A stretch of DNA of 64,000 nucleotides from an uncultured Lachnospiraceae bacterium (GCA_948909305.1 CAQWRG010000005.1:4716-68715); one strand, 5' to 3'. Shown: positions 1-10,713, counted from the first letter of the stretch. Notes: generated by a model from the letters alone, not told the origin. Numbers and translations are program-made.

Positions 1-106
1 CTTTTTTCACAAGGCCGATAATTTCTTTTGCATCTGCGGAAGGTGTGGGAATTTCATCTAATGTGTTTGCGGCAAAAGAAATGCCGGTATTTTCTTCTAA
101 GTTCAT
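1..106 (-). CDS. Hypothetical protein, N-terminal 35 aa only (gene continues past the window start)
   Basis: ATG at complement of 104-106 preceded by AGGAGG (complement of 115-120) with 8-nt spacing. Frame stays open to position 1 (MNLEENTGISFAANTLDEIPTPSADAKEIIGLVKK). The track ORF 54..428(-) is in a different frame and overlaps the SseB-like gene. Confidence 0.4.
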   Translation of the reverse strand, partial: MNLEENTGISFAANTLDEIPTPSADAKEIIGLVKK

Positions 107-346
107 GTTTAATTCCTCCTTTCGACATTAGTTTGTGAAGGAAATAGGGAAAATATGACTGGAAAATCTTTGGGTCGGCTTGCTGAATAAACGGCTGGAA
201 TTTGTAACTTGTGTTGTGTGGAATTGAATTGTAAAGATGTTTAAAATATTTTTTAATATGAAAAAAATAAGGAGTGACGGAAGATAGGATACATGCTATA
301 ATAAATATATTGTAAAAAAGAAAAACGGATAGATATGGAGAAAGGT

Positions 347-1303
347 ATGAACAGTAAAGAAGTAGAAAAAACAGAGCAGTTAATTCAGTATTATAAAGAA
401 GATTCAGCTCAGGAGAATCTTCAGGCATTAGTGCATCAGATGAAAAAGACGGTGTTTTTGATTCCGGCTATGCTTCCGGACACGCCGGAGATTAATGAGA
501 TTAAACAGAAGGTGAAGGAAAATCCGGGGGTAAAAATTAATCTGCCGAAAGGGACGGCGCCTATGCCGGCGATTTTGACGAATCAGAATGGGGGGAAATT
601 TTTTCCGGTCTATTCTTCAAAAGAGCAGGTTCCAAAGGAGCCGAAGTTTGACTTATTGATGAATATGCCGTTTGGGGCATGTTGTTCGTTTGCTTTAGAT
701 GAAAGGCTGGAGGTGGAGGGGATTGCCGTAAATCCATTTACGGACAACCTTTTATTTAAAAAACCGCTGTTAGAAGCGATTAAGAAAGCGGAAGAAGAAT
801 CGAAAAAAGGCGTGAATCAAATCCAGATGTCTCCGAAGCAATTTCAGATTATGATGCGTCAGAGGGCGGAGCTGCATGAGTTTCCGGCTTTGGCTTTTCG
901 GGAAGGGGCGCAGTTTATCCAGCGTCTGAGTGATGAGAAAGAAGCGGTTGTAAATGAGATATATTCGAAATCGTTTCAGAAGCAGGAATTGTATCCTTTT
1001 GAGGAAAGCAGTTTTTCTGTGATGGCTTTGAATATCAGTGAGGAATTATTGTTGGTGCGGGTGGACTTGCCGCCGGTCCGTGAAGCGGCGCAGTTGTGTT
1101 ATCGTGTTTATGTGACATTAAACCCGAAGTCCGGGGAAATTCATTATTTTACGATTGAACGCGGCCGCGGGAAGGACGAGCGGAATCTTTGCGGCGTTGG
1201 GAAAGATGGAAAACATATTGAGTATGGGGAAGCTCCCGTGGAAGGCGTGGAGATTCAAAGGATTATTGATATTATTTCAGGGGAAAAAGAGATTGGGAAT
1301 TAA
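347..1303 (+). CDS. SseB-family protein (alternative start at 335)
   Basis: Motifs typical of SseB N- and C-terminal domains (TVFLIPAML..., FFPVYSSKEQ..., MPFGAC, AVNPFTDNLLF). GAGAAAGG lies just upstream of the ATG at 347. Confidence 0.5.
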   Translation: MNSKEVEKTEQLIQYYKEDSAQENLQALVHQMKKTVFLIPAMLPDTPEINEIKQKVKENPGVKINLPKGTAPMPAILTNQNGGKFFPVYSSKEQVPKEPKFDLLMNMPFGACCSFALDERLEVEGIAVNPFTDNLLFKKPLLEAIKKAEEESKKGVNQIQMSPKQFQIMMRQRAELHEFPALAFREGAQFIQRLSDEKEAVVNEIYSKSFQKQELYPFEESSFSVMALNISEELLLVRVDLPPVREAAQLCYRVYVTLNPKSGEIHYFTIERGRGKDERNLCGVGKDGKHIEYGEAPVEGVEIQRIIDIISGEKEIGN

Positions 1304-1321
1304 ATCTGGCTGTTTTTAAAG

Positions 1322-1385
1322 AAACGCCGCTTATATCTGTTCGCCCGATGGAGCGGGCTCTATGACGATAAGCGGCGTTTTTAAG
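1322..1385. terminator. Bidirectional hairpin terminator between convergent genes
   Basis: AACGCCGCTTAT (1323-1334) pairs with ATAAGCGGCGTT (1367-1378), followed by TTTTT. An A/T run also lies on the opposite side. Confidence 0.5.
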
Positions 1386-1409
1386 ATCTATGGATTTGGT
1401 TTTTGCGCG

Positions 1410-2318
1410 TTATTTCCGAATTGCTTTTAATACATCATTAGGAATCACAAATTCTCTGCATCCCATATACATCGGAGCTACATCGCCTTCGTTAAAGCAG
1501 ATAACAACTTCCCCGTTATTATTGAGGTAAAACTGTGTTTCGTCCGTAATTTTTTCAAAATTTAATTCCGGCATATCTTTGTTATCGACCCAATAGAATA
1601 AATTTTCATCTTTAGCCATCTGCTCTTTCATCTGCTGTTTGATATTTTCACTGATTGCCGTAATATAGTCGCTGTCTTCTGTAAATAAGCCGCTTAACTT
1701 TAAGCGTTCCCCTGTTTCTAAGTCAATCGTGTAAAAATAATTCCATTCCGCGCCGCTTCCGGAAGCTTGGTAGCAGTTCAGTTTTAAAGTGAAATACTGT
1801 TCTGTAGTGGCAATGACCTCGGAGTCTACATGAACGTCTTGGTACCCTTCTTGATCTTCGGCAAATTCCTTAAATTCTTTAATTAGCTGATCCGTAATCG
1901 TTTTGATCTCCGCATTGATTTCTTCCGCAGTTTTCTGGACTTTTTTCTGCGCGGCATCAGTTTGTTCCGTCCCGTTGGCTGTTTCTGTCGGAATCTGGGG
2001 AACAATTTCCGGCACTTGAATGTCGGCGTTATTTCGCTCGCTTTCGTACTTGTAATCCCGAAAGGTCACTACCTCGACCCATTTCGAAAGAATTGGAATC
2101 CGGCTCATCGCATAGGCAAGATCGCCGGAGGCGTTTGGCAGGACGGTAAGCAGTAGAACAACTGACGCGGCGGCGGCCGCAATCGTTTTAAATACTTTGC
2201 GGTTGCTTTTTTTTGCTTTTTCAATCGTGGCTTTCAGATTTTTAATTTGTTCCGGTGACATATTTGGTTTTTGGTAATCCTGTTTCATTTGATTCAATTC
2301 TTCTTTCCTATTACGCAT
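1410..2318 (-). CDS. Anti-sigma factor, RsiV-like (N-terminal anti-sigma region, one TM, extracytoplasmic DUF3298/DUF4163-like domain)
   Basis: Start was re-chosen at the ATG at 2316-2318, preceded by AGGAGG at 6 nt. It overlaps the upstream sigma-factor stop by 8 nt (ATGCGTAA), so the two are translationally coupled. A TM segment AAAAASVVLLLTVL is present. The domain architecture matches RsiV-type anti-sigma-V factors. Confidence 0.6.
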   Translation of the reverse strand: MRNRKEELNQMKQDYQKPNMSPEQIKNLKATIEKAKKSNRKVFKTIAAAAASVVLLLTVLPNASGDLAYAMSRIPILSKWVEVVTFRDYKYESERNNADIQVPEIVPQIPTETANGTEQTDAAQKKVQKTAEEINAEIKTITDQLIKEFKEFAEDQEGYQDVHVDSEVIATTEQYFTLKLNCYQASGSGAEWNYFYTIDLETGERLKLSGLFTEDSDYITAISENIKQQMKEQMAKDENLFYWVDNKDMPELNFEKITDETQFYLNNNGEVVICFNEGDVAPMYMGCREFVIPNDVLKAIRK

Positions 2319-2838
2319 TGAGAACCTCCTGATTTGTGCTTTCTGTATATATCCATTCTCCTTCAATCATCACCTTTAATTTCTTTAGGCTTCGGTAAAG
2401 ACGGCTTTTTACGGTATTGATGTTTTCTTCTAGAATGTCTGCGATTTCCTCTAGTTTCATATCCTCAAAATATTTTAATTCTACAATCATGCGGTCATTT
2501 TCGGGTAAATGTTCCAGCGCCCGCTTTAAGTCAAGGTCTTCGTAGGAATCTTCCGCATAAGTTTCTTTAGCATCTTCTAATGAAAGTGTTTTTTGCTGTC
2601 TGCAATATGTAAAAATTTCATTTATGACGATACGGTACAGCCAAGTAGACGCAAAATTTTCCTGTTTTAATGAGCCGCTGTTTTTAATTGCTTTATAAGC
2701 GGCGTTTTGGACAATGTCGTAAGCGTCATTTTCATTGTGGACATAACTGTATGCCAAACGGTAATACTGATTGTAGTTTGTAAGAAGAAGCGTTTCCACC
2801 GCTTTTTCTTTCGTCTTTTGCCTTGATAATCGTTTCAA
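2311..2838 (-). CDS. ECF RNA polymerase sigma factor (SigV-like), TTG start
   Basis: Sigma-70 region 2 (YRLAYSYVHNENDAYDIVQNAAYKAI) and region 4 HTH (LPENDRMIVELKYFEDMKLEEIADILEENINTVKSRLYRSLKKL). AGGAGG lies 8 nt upstream of the TTG at 2836-2838. Confidence 0.85.
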   Translation of the reverse strand: MKRLSRQKTKEKAVETLLLTNYNQYYRLAYSYVHNENDAYDIVQNAAYKAIKNSGSLKQENFASTWLYRIVINEIFTYCRQQKTLSLEDAKETYAEDSYEDLDLKRALEHLPENDRMIVELKYFEDMKLEEIADILEENINTVKSRLYRSLKKLKVMIEGEWIYTESTNQEVLNA

Positions 2839-3086
2839 GTTTTTCGCCTCCTGTTTTTCGTTTTCTAATAATTAGACGTAAGGCGTAACGGAAAAGTTTC
2901 AAACAAAATAAAAAATTTTACTATTTTTCATTTTTTACTGTATGCAGTCTTTGGAAGTCTTGGAATTTGGAGTACAGAAAGAAAAACCCCTGTTCCAGTT
3001 CAGATTCTGCGTTTCAAAGAGCGGCGGTTCTGAATGGAATAGAGGTTTATGATAAAAGATTGCGTTTTTGGATTGAAAAACAGGGT

Positions 3087-4427
3087 TTATTTATTGCTCC
3101 TGCGCCAAATCTTTAATTTCTCCGCTTCTGTAATTAATTCATCGCGGAAATCAGGATGCGCAATCGAAATTAAGGCTTCTGCGCGCTGCCATGCGGAAAG
3201 TCCTTTTAAATTGACTTTTCCGTATTCCGTTACAATGTAATGGACGTTTGCGCGTGTGTCCGTTACAATCGATCCGGGATTTAACGTAGGTAAAATACGG
3301 GATTTTAACTGCCCGTCTTTGGTTTTAAAGGAAGAAGAACAGCAGATGAAGCTTTTCCCGCCATTGGAAAGATAAGCTCCCAGCACAAAATCAAGCTGCC
3401 CGCCTGCTCCGCTGATATGTTTCGTTCCGGCCGACTCGGCATTGATCTGGCCAAATAAATCCAAATCCACTGCGTTGTTAATGGAAATAAAGTTATCCAA
3501 AGCGGAAATGGAGCGTATGTCATTTGTATAGCTTACTGGGGCGCTGAGGAGTTCCGGGTTGTCGTCTATATAGTCGTACATTTTTTTCGTTCCGCATCCA
3601 AATGCAAAGGCTTGGCGGAAACGATCGATATTTTTCTTTGACCCATTAATTTTTCCGGCTTTTGCAATGTCGACAAAAGCGTCAACGTACATTTCCGTGT
3701 GAACGCCGAGGTCTTTTAAATCGGATTCTGCAATCATAGAGCCGACTGTATTTGGCATGCCGCCAATGCCAAGCTGTAAACATGCGCCGTTTGGAATTTC
3801 TTCTACGATTAATTTTGCAACTGCAATATCGACGTCGGTTGGCGCGCCGCCTGAACCTAATTCTCCGATAGGCGGGTTTTCCCCTTCGACAATAAAGTCA
3901 ACGTCTGAAATATGGACGCTGTTTTCAAAACCGCCAAGACAGCGCGGCATATTTTGGTTGACCTCAACAATGATTTTTTTAGAGGTTTCGCATACCGCCA
4001 TCATATGGGAAGCGTTTGGCCCGAAATTGAAATATCCATGCGCATCCATTGGAGAAACCTGAAACATCGCTACGTCGTCAGGCGTGTCTGATTCACGGTA
4101 GTAACGCGGCAGTTCGGAATATCGGATTGGCGCATAATATGCGCAGCCGCGGGCAATTAATTTACGTTCAATGCCGGACATATGCCATGAGTTCCATGTA
4201 AAATGCTCTCCTGAATCTTCCCGTTCAAAAACGGCGGGCGTCTTTAGGAGAATACCGCCCCTTAGGTTAATGTCTTTCAGCTCGTCCGTCCGTTTAGCTA
4301 ATGCTTTGTCCAAAGCGTCTACGGTTGCGTTACACCAGCCGTAATCGACCCAGTCGCCGGATTTAATGACTTTTACTGCTTCTTCTGCGCTTACAAGTTT
4401 CTGCTCATATTCTTTTGCGTAATCCAT
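3087..4427 (-). CDS. but: Butyryl-CoA:acetate CoA-transferase (acetyl-CoA hydrolase/transferase family)
   Basis: N-terminus [67 protein letters not shown] is near-identical in pattern to the But enzymes of Roseburia/Eubacterium rectale. AGGAGGTT RBS lies upstream. Confidence 0.85.
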   Translation of the reverse strand: MDYAKEYEQKLVSAEEAVKVIKSGDWVDYGWCNATVDALDKALAKRTDELKDINLRGGILLKTPAVFEREDSGEHFTWNSWHMSGIERKLIARGCAYYAPIRYSELPRYYRESDTPDDVAMFQVSPMDAHGYFNFGPNASHMMAVCETSKKIIVEVNQNMPRCLGGFENSVHISDVDFIVEGENPPIGELGSGGAPTDVDIAVAKLIVEEIPNGACLQLGIGGMPNTVGSMIAESDLKDLGVHTEMYVDAFVDIAKAGKINGSKKNIDRFRQAFAFGCGTKKMYDYIDDNPELLSAPVSYTNDIRSISALDNFISINNAVDLDLFGQINAESAGTKHISGAGGQLDFVLGAYLSNGGKSFICCSSSFKTKDGQLKSRILPTLNPGSIVTDTRANVHYIVTEYGKVNLKGLSAWQRAEALISIAHPDFRDELITEAEKLKIWRRSNK

Positions 4428-4473
4428 AATAACCTCCTATAAATGTTATATTTGCTGTCTCCTAATAGTAACA

Positions 4474-6144
4474 TTATATATTAAATTTGTCTACAAGGCT
4501 TACCATCGATTCTACTTGGGCTTTCTGTTCTTCGCTGACGGCGGCTGTTTCTTCTGAGGTTGCAGAGTTGTTGTCTACGATTTCTGCAACGCGGACGATG
4601 TTTTCATTGATCCGCTGCATATTGCTGACGTCGTTGGTAAGGTTTTGTGAAGTCTGCTCCATTTTTTCCGTTGCCTGTTTTGCGCCTTTCATAACTTCCG
4701 TCATATTTTCGGCTGCTTCATCTGCGATGGCAATGCCTCTTTCAACGGCAAGAATCGTCCGTTCGATCAGTTTGTTTGTCTCTCCGGCTGCTTTTGCGGA
4801 TTCGTCGGCAAGATTTTTGACTTGTCCGGCAACAATGGCAAATCCCCTTCCGGCTTCTCCGGCGCGCGCGGCTTCAATCGATGCATTCAGGGAAAGCAGG
4901 TTTGTTTCAGAAGCAATGGCTTCGATTGCGCCAATGATTTCCCCAATTTCTTCTGAGCATTTGCTGATTTCTCCAATCGCATCTTTTAATTCCTGCATTT
5001 TGGCGTTTCCGGCAATAAGGACTTGGCTTGCGCTTGATGCAAGATTTACAGTGGCGGTCGCTTCGCGCGCGCTGTTTTCCATGCTTTGGTAGAGAACGTC
5101 CATTAGGTTGACTAAGTCGGATACTTTGCCGGCCTGTTCTGTGCTTCCTTCTGCTAAATCAACGGCGGCGCAGGCAAGTTGTTCTGAGCCGCTGTCAATT
5201 TGCTGGGACACTTCCCGTATCGTCACCATGGTTTCACGCATTTTTGCGCTGATTTTTAAGAAAGATTCTCTAATCTGCCCAAATTCCCCGACGTATGCCT
5301 GATGCATTTCAAAACAGTAGTTGCTGTCGCCCATCTGTTCTAAGATGTCGGAAATTTCAAGTATCATGCCAATGATGTTTTCTTTCATTTGGGCAATGGC
5401 GCCGACCATTTTGCCGACTTCACTTTCGTTGATTTCCATTTCAAAATCTGCATGGAAATTCCCCTCGGAAAGCAGGATCATCTGATCGGACACGCTTATA
5501 ATCGGCTCAAGCAGCTCTTTTCTGGAAAATTTTACTATTTTTATAATCTGGAAAATTAAGTAGGCGAAGGAAGCGATATACATTAGTTCAACGATAATCT
5601 GGAACAGACGCAGCCGTAATTTGGATTTGCTTACTCTGTTTTGGATTTGGTCGATGGCGTTGTCTGTCAGTGAGCTGATGGTTTGGATAGAGCTTTCATA
5701 TTCGTCTCCGAACACATACGAAATGGCGGATTTGGTATTGCCGGATTTTGCCTGTTCTAAAGCTTGTTCTTCCAAAGGGACAAGGCTGTTAGAAAGATCT
5801 GCGATTTGGTTTAACAAGGTCCATTCTTCTTCTTTTATGTCATTTTTTTCAAGCCCTGCCCATGCGATGTCACGGGTTTTGTCCTCATTGAGTTCTTTCA
5901 TGTAGGCATCGTAGCAGGTCTGGTTTGCAGTGACGGCATAGGTCTGTACGGCGGCGGTTAAAGCTTTCGAACCCAGACGGTATTGGTTTAGAAAAGTAGT
6001 TGTTTCAAGTTCTTCGTCCGTCACATGGCTCATAAAGAGATTTGTCCCGACAGACGCTAGCAGTAAAATTGCTCCCGCGATAATTGCAATTACGGATTGC
6101 CGGATAATTTTTTTTAACTGATAAGATTGGCTTTTTGTTTCCAT
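4474..6144 (-). CDS. Methyl-accepting chemotaxis protein
   Basis: N-terminal TM, periplasmic sensor, second TM and HAMP, then the MCP signalling domain with the highly conserved [31 protein letters not shown] hairpin motif. RBS AGAGGGGAG. Confidence 0.9.
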   Translation of the reverse strand: METKSQSYQLKKIIRQSVIAIIAGAILLLASVGTNLFMSHVTDEELETTTFLNQYRLGSKALTAAVQTYAVTANQTCYDAYMKELNEDKTRDIAWAGLEKNDIKEEEWTLLNQIADLSNSLVPLEEQALEQAKSGNTKSAISYVFGDEYESSIQTISSLTDNAIDQIQNRVSKSKLRLRLFQIIVELMYIASFAYLIFQIIKIVKFSRKELLEPIISVSDQMILLSEGNFHADFEMEINESEVGKMVGAIAQMKENIIGMILEISDILEQMGDSNYCFEMHQAYVGEFGQIRESFLKISAKMRETMVTIREVSQQIDSGSEQLACAAVDLAEGSTEQAGKVSDLVNLMDVLYQSMENSAREATATVNLASSASQVLIAGNAKMQELKDAIGEISKCSEEIGEIIGAIEAIASETNLLSLNASIEAARAGEAGRGFAIVAGQVKNLADESAKAAGETNKLIERTILAVERGIAIADEAAENMTEVMKGAKQATEKMEQTSQNLTNDVSNMQRINENIVRVAEIVDNNSATSEETAAVSEEQKAQVESMVSLVDKFNI

Positions 6145-6191
6145 AATTCTCCCCTCTGTACTTCTTATATTTGTTAAAAATATCTAGTTAT

Positions 6192-6220
6192 ATCTTACTT
6201 TATGTTACCAGATTCGTCAA
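6192..6220 (-). promoter_or_regulatory. Putative sigma-A promoter for the minus-strand MCP (TTGACG-17-TAAGAT)
   Basis: Reverse complement of 6192-6220 reads TTGACGaatctggtaacataaagTAAGAT. Confidence 0.4.
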
Positions 6221-6345
6221 GTTAAACAATAAGTTGTAATGGAAATCCATTTCTTTTACAGCCGCTTTGGCGGAGCATGGATTTACAGGGTTATTTCCAT
6301 ATAAAAAGGGCGGGAAGGATTTTTAGAATAGGTAATTCCTGACTG

Positions 6346-6375
6346 TTTACAAGAGAGCGGATCGTGTGTTACAAT
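6346..6375 (+). promoter_or_regulatory. Putative sigma-A promoter for the plus-strand MCP (TTTACA-18-TACAAT with extended TG)
   Basis: TTTACAagagagcggatcgtgTGtTACAAT lies about 45 nt upstream of the RBS GGAGGGG of the 6424 gene. Confidence 0.4.
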
Positions 6376-6423
6376 AAGAAACAATCTCAATCACGGAAAT
6401 AGGAAAGCAGGAGGGGCAGTTGG

Positions 6424-8106
6424 ATGAAAAAAGCGATGAATCAGTCGGTTTTAACTTTTATTTTGAATGGAGTATCGATCCTTTCAATGGTATTTATGGC
6501 AGTTTCCCTTTCGATTTACGGAAAAGTAAACCGGGACTTAAACGCTGCGAATAAAGAACGGTATGAGCTGACATATAATGCGAACCGTTTTATGAATGGT
6601 TCTTCTTATTTGACAAACGAAGTCAGGGCGTTTTCGGCAACCGGAAAGCAGGAGCATTATGACAATTACTGGAACGAGATAAATACTCTAAAGAACAGGG
6701 ATTTAGGCATTGAAGCCATGCAGGAAATTGGAATTACGCAGGAAGAACAAAAGATGATTGAGGAAATGTCTGCGATTTCAAACTCTTTAGTTCCGTTAGA
6801 AGAACAGGCAATGGAAAAGGCGCAGCAGGGAAATGGCGCTGAAGCGGTGAATTATGTCTATGGAGATGCTTATAATCAATCCATCGGTGAAATCACTGCA
6901 TTGAAGAATCAGTTTTTAGAGACGCTTGACAACAGGACATTAAGCAGGGTTGAGAGGCTGCAAAACGAGACGGGCATTCTGCGTATCGCGATGATTGTCG
7001 CAGTTTCGTTAGTGGGAATTTTACAGTTGATCAATATGATTTATACCAAAAGAAAAATACTCCGTCCGGTGATTGCCGTGAAAAACCAGATGGGGAAAAT
7101 TGCGGACGGGAATCTTTCCTCAGAGTTTTCTTTAGAATCCGATACTTCTGAAATGGGTATGCTCGTTTCCTCAATCCACGAAACAAAACGGGAATTGAAA
7201 AAATACATAAATGACATTGACCAGAAGCTGGCGGAAATGGCAAAAGGGAATATGGATCTGTCTATTGACATTGATTACCGTGGGGAATTTTTGCCGATTC
7301 AAAATGCGCTTTCCCAGATTTTAGATGCTTTAAATCAGGCGCTGTTCCAGATTAACCGGACGGCAGGGCAGGTGACGCAGCAGTCAGAACGCATGACAAG
7401 CGCAGCGCAAGTGCTCTCAAACGGAGTTGTTTCACAGGCATCGGCTGTGGAGGAGCTTTCGGCAAGCATTAAGGATATTTCATTCCAGTTAGACACTACC
7501 TCAGAAGATGCAAACATTGCAAAAGACGCTTCAGCAGATGCGATGAAACATCTTCAGCTTAGCAGTGGAAAGATGACAGAGCTGACGTCAGCGATTATGG
7601 ATATTTCGGAATCTTCCAATAAAATTGGCGGCATTATTAAGACGATTGAGGATATTTCATTCCAGACGAATATCCTTGCGCTTAACGCTTCCGTGGAAGC
7701 CGCGCGCGCGGGTGAGGCGGGAAAAGGATTTGCCGTTGTTGCGGGTGAAGTGCAAAATCTTGCCAATAAGAGCGCGGTGTCTGCGCAGGACATTACAGAT
7801 TTGATTGAGAAGTCAATTAAACAAGTGGAATATGGGACGGCTCTTTCCAAGGATACGACAGAGGCTTTGACCGCATTGGTGGGAAGCGCGCAAGTGGCTA
7901 CGGAAAAGATTGAGAAAATTGCTGATTCTGCTATGCAGCAGTCGCATTCACTCCAGCAGTTAAAGTTAGGCATGGAACAGATTTCAGATGTCGTACAGAC
8001 AAATGCGGCTACGGCTCAGGAATCTGTCGCTTCCGCGCAAGAGCTGAACCGTCAGGCAGAAGAATTGAAAGTGGCTGTACATAGATTCCGGTTAAGGCGT
8101 TCCTAA
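6424..8106 (+). CDS. Methyl-accepting chemotaxis protein (paralog of 4474..6144)
   Basis: Signalling domain [34 protein letters not shown]. The periplasmic sensor shares the [11 protein letters not shown](L/M)E(Q/K)A..GN...YV(F/Y)GD.Y..SI block with the divergent neighbour. Confidence 0.9.
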   Translation: MKKAMNQSVLTFILNGVSILSMVFMAVSLSIYGKVNRDLNAANKERYELTYNANRFMNGSSYLTNEVRAFSATGKQEHYDNYWNEINTLKNRDLGIEAMQEIGITQEEQKMIEEMSAISNSLVPLEEQAMEKAQQGNGAEAVNYVYGDAYNQSIGEITALKNQFLETLDNRTLSRVERLQNETGILRIAMIVAVSLVGILQLINMIYTKRKILRPVIAVKNQMGKIADGNLSSEFSLESDTSEMGMLVSSIHETKRELKKYINDIDQKLAEMAKGNMDLSIDIDYRGEFLPIQNALSQILDALNQALFQINRTAGQVTQQSERMTSAAQVLSNGVVSQASAVEELSASIKDISFQLDTTSEDANIAKDASADAMKHLQLSSGKMTELTSAIMDISESSNKIGGIIKTIEDISFQTNILALNASVEAARAGEAGKGFAVVAGEVQNLANKSAVSAQDITDLIEKSIKQVEYGTALSKDTTEALTALVGSAQVATEKIEKIADSAMQQSHSLQQLKLGMEQISDVVQTNAATAQESVASAQELNRQAEELKVAVHRFRLRRS

Positions 8107-8220
8107 ATTTACAGTGTTGGCAGACAGCAAAACGTTTGTTGGCTGTTTTAAGGGGATTCGCATATAAAATATCCCGTGGCATAGTTCCGTCGATACGGAT
8201 CTTGCCGCGGGATATTGTTT

Positions 8221-9654
8221 TTATTGACGGATATCTACATAGCCTGTTTCAAGCGCAGAATCTGTAAATTCGCAGCCGCCAGAGGGGTTTAAGCTGATAA
8301 ATAATGTTTCAAGCTCATCTTCCATGACAATCCAAGCCATATGGACAACTGCCGTTTCGCCGGGGTTTATGCGCGCAATATAATTATTTCCCCGTTCTCC
8401 TCCATGTACGTCATAATAAATCATTTCCCACATATAGGACAATCCATGATTGACAATTCTGTCCCAGTCTCCCTTTTCCGTGGAGTCTTCTTCTGTTAAA
8501 ATCTGCATTTGCCCGTCATTTTCATGAATGCGGGGCATATCCCCAAAAAATAGGACGTCTGTGAGCGGCTCTTCACCGGTATTCGTATATTCCACTGTGG
8601 CATAAACCAGTTTTTGTCTGGCTTGACGGGTCTTTACTTCTTCGCTCAGGGAATCGGCGTCTCCATCTTTTATATATTGTATCGTAGCCGGACGCAGGCT
8701 GCCATTTTCGTCTGTTTCATTTCGGAGGGTTTCATCTGTCTGGGCGGCGTCTAACAGGCTGATCGTATCGGATATTTCTACATTAGATATTTTTGCTAAG
8801 AGGGTGGAGCCGTCTATTGGAAAACTTTCGCCGATTGCGTGAATGTTTTTCATATCTTCTTTAGAGATAGAAGTAATGGTTTTAGCTTCTTCCCCTTCGG
8901 CTTGCTCTTTTTGGTTATTCAGGCAGTCGCTCCAGTTTTCAGCAATTACAAACGCATCTTTCTCCGAATCTTTGGCCGGGATTAAATTTATATTTTCCGC
9001 GATTTTCATGGCTTCTTCTTTGCTGACGTCTGAAGCGGCATATAACTCCATTACATAATGAACGTCTGTATATGCGACATAGATTCTCTGGTTAAAAGTA
9101 ATCTCATCCGGGTATAAGTTGGGGTAGGTTAGGTAGATCCCTTTGCGTCCATTCGCAGTAAATTCTTCACTGGACAGCACATCGTCATGTTCCGCTTCAA
9201 ATGCGTCATCTCCGGTATCCATACGGTAAAATCTCATGCTTATGCCGCCCTTATTCAGGGAATCTTCAAAACTGTATTTCCCCCTTTCCGTTTCCATCAT
9301 GCCATCTGGAAGATAGCCGATTTCCAATTTTACATTCGGGATAGAAAGGGCTTTCCCGTTGCTTTTTGTATCGTCTGTGGCATTTTCTGAATTACGCTCA
9401 TCGCCTGTCACTGAGACACTGACGCCATGCGTCCCTGTCTGTTTTTGCTGTAGTTGGTAGATGCTTACTCCGGCAAATACCGTAGTTCCGCAAAACAGGA
9501 TTGCCGCTAAAGAGGCGGCAATGGTTTTGCCCATGCGTCTGCCTTTATAGGAAGTCTGTTTCGTTTGCAGTTGTTTTTTCACTTCTTTTTCCACCATAAT
9601 TTTCATCTCCTCCGGCATTTTTGGAAAATCATATTTTAAATTTTCAAATTCCAT
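8221..9654 (-). CDS. Putative anti-sigma factor / membrane protein with a large extracytoplasmic domain
   Basis: Lies immediately downstream of an ECF sigma gene (38-nt gap). It has a cytoplasmic N-terminus, a single TM (IAASLAAILFCGTTVFAGV) and a ~390-aa extracytoplasmic region. GGAGG RBS. Confidence 0.5.
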   Translation of the reverse strand: MEFENLKYDFPKMPEEMKIMVEKEVKKQLQTKQTSYKGRRMGKTIAASLAAILFCGTTVFAGVSIYQLQQKQTGTHGVSVSVTGDERNSENATDDTKSNGKALSIPNVKLEIGYLPDGMMETERGKYSFEDSLNKGGISMRFYRMDTGDDAFEAEHDDVLSSEEFTANGRKGIYLTYPNLYPDEITFNQRIYVAYTDVHYVMELYAASDVSKEEAMKIAENINLIPAKDSEKDAFVIAENWSDCLNNQKEQAEGEEAKTITSISKEDMKNIHAIGESFPIDGSTLLAKISNVEISDTISLLDAAQTDETLRNETDENGSLRPATIQYIKDGDADSLSEEVKTRQARQKLVYATVEYTNTGEEPLTDVLFFGDMPRIHENDGQMQILTEEDSTEKGDWDRIVNHGLSYMWEMIYYDVHGGERGNNYIARINPGETAVVHMAWIVMEDELETLFISLNPSGGCEFTDSALETGYVDIRQ

Positions 9655-9691
9655 AGTTGTTCCTCCATTTCTTTCTATTCGGATACGCTTC

Positions 9692-10159
9692 TTACGTCAC
9701 TGCCTGTCCGAGTTCCCTGCGCATCCGGTTTCTTGCCCGCGCAAGACGGTTTTTTACGGCGCTTTCCGTAATTCCAAGCATTTTTGCCGTTTCTTTCACG
9801 CTGTATCCTTCCAGATAGTATAAAATGATACAGATTCGAATGTCTGTTGGAAGCTGTCTGACTGCTTCATACAAATCAGAATAATCTTCCGGTTCTTTGG
9901 CAGTTTCATGGTATTCTTCTAAAGATACAAGGCGCTTTTCCCGACGCATAAGGGCATAGCATTCATTAATCAGTATTTTTATCAGCCATGTCTTTGCGTA
10001 GGAATCTTGCCGAAGCGTATGAAGTTTAGTAAACGCTTTGACAATGCTTTCCTGTATCGCATCTGCGCAGTCTGCGTCATTGCCCAGAAGTGTTTTTGCC
10101 ACATGGTATAACGTATCCTCAGAGGCAAGAATGAGTTCTCCTAATTGTTCTTTATTCAT
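9692..10159 (-). CDS. ECF RNA polymerase sigma factor
   Basis: Region 2 (LYHVAKTLLGNDADCADAIQESIVKAF..KTWLIKILINE) and region 4 (LPTDIRICIILYYLEGYSVKETAKMLGITESAVKNRLARAR). Start was chosen at the ATG at 10157-10159 (MNKEQLGELI...) with GGAAAGGA upstream. The track ORF extends to 10231. Confidence 0.8.
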   Translation of the reverse strand: MNKEQLGELILASEDTLYHVAKTLLGNDADCADAIQESIVKAFTKLHTLRQDSYAKTWLIKILINECYALMRREKRLVSLEEYHETAKEPEDYSDLYEAVRQLPTDIRICIILYYLEGYSVKETAKMLGITESAVKNRLARARNRMRRELGQAVT

Positions 10160-10681
10160 AGTATCCTTTCCGCCGGCCAGCTTTTTTGCATTTACACTAA
10201 TTAGATGATTGAGGAAGGGAAATGGTCTCATATCTTTTTAAAAAATATAATCAGTTCGAATGTTTTTATGAATTGACAATGTTCCCATGTCGATTTTTGT
10301 GTTGATAAACGCTTCTATGTCAAGCGTACTTTAAGTGAGAGAAAACGTAACATTTTGTTTCGTATTGATATGCAGTTTTAAACACAGTATTCTTAAAGGA
10401 AATGGTTCGGCGCTTCAATTTTAACAGATTTTTATAAATCCAGCAGGGATTGGACGAATATGTTTATGGGATAAATCCCTTTTTTTACCAAATAGATTCG
10501 TGTTTTAAACATTGCATTTAAGGTATTGGAAGCATTGTGGAACAAAAATGTTCGTTCCTATTGGCGGGGCAGGCAGGAAGATCATGGCAAATGATTGAAT
10601 TATGAATGAATGGCTGGAAGCTTTACTGCTTGTAATCACTAATTTATTTGTATGTCAGCATTCAAAAAAACAAGAAAGTTC

Positions 10682-10713
10682 TTGACAGCTAATCTATGTT
10701 AGTATATACTAAC
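10682..10713 (+). promoter_or_regulatory. feo operon promoter (TTGACA-17-TATACT) overlapped by a perfect 16-bp palindrome GTTAGTATATACTAAC (10698-10713), a putative metalloregulator operator
   Basis: The -35 is at 10682-10687 and the -10 at 10705-10710. The palindrome is self-complementary over all 16 positions and lies 37 nt upstream of feoA. Confidence 0.45.

Noticed and set aside
54-428. Track ORF 54..428(-), 124 aa.
   Set aside because: It overlaps the well-supported plus-strand SseB-like gene and has no RBS. The real minus-strand gene at this edge is in another frame (ATG at 104-106 with AGGAGG upstream) and runs off the window.
4487-5905. Several plus-strand ORFs (4487..5092, 5108..5302, 5621..5905) inside the minus-strand MCP gene.
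   Set aside because: They are antisense ORFs within a strongly supported MCP CDS. They are Ala/Ser-rich as expected from reverse-frame translation of GC-rich codons, and have no RBS.
10466-10490. A GGGATAAATCCC hairpin followed by T7 on the plus strand in the 500-bp sigma/feo intergenic region, considered as a possible sRNA terminator.
   Set aside because: The stem is only 4-5 bp. I could not find a convincing upstream promoter or conserved structure. There is not enough evidence for an RNA gene.
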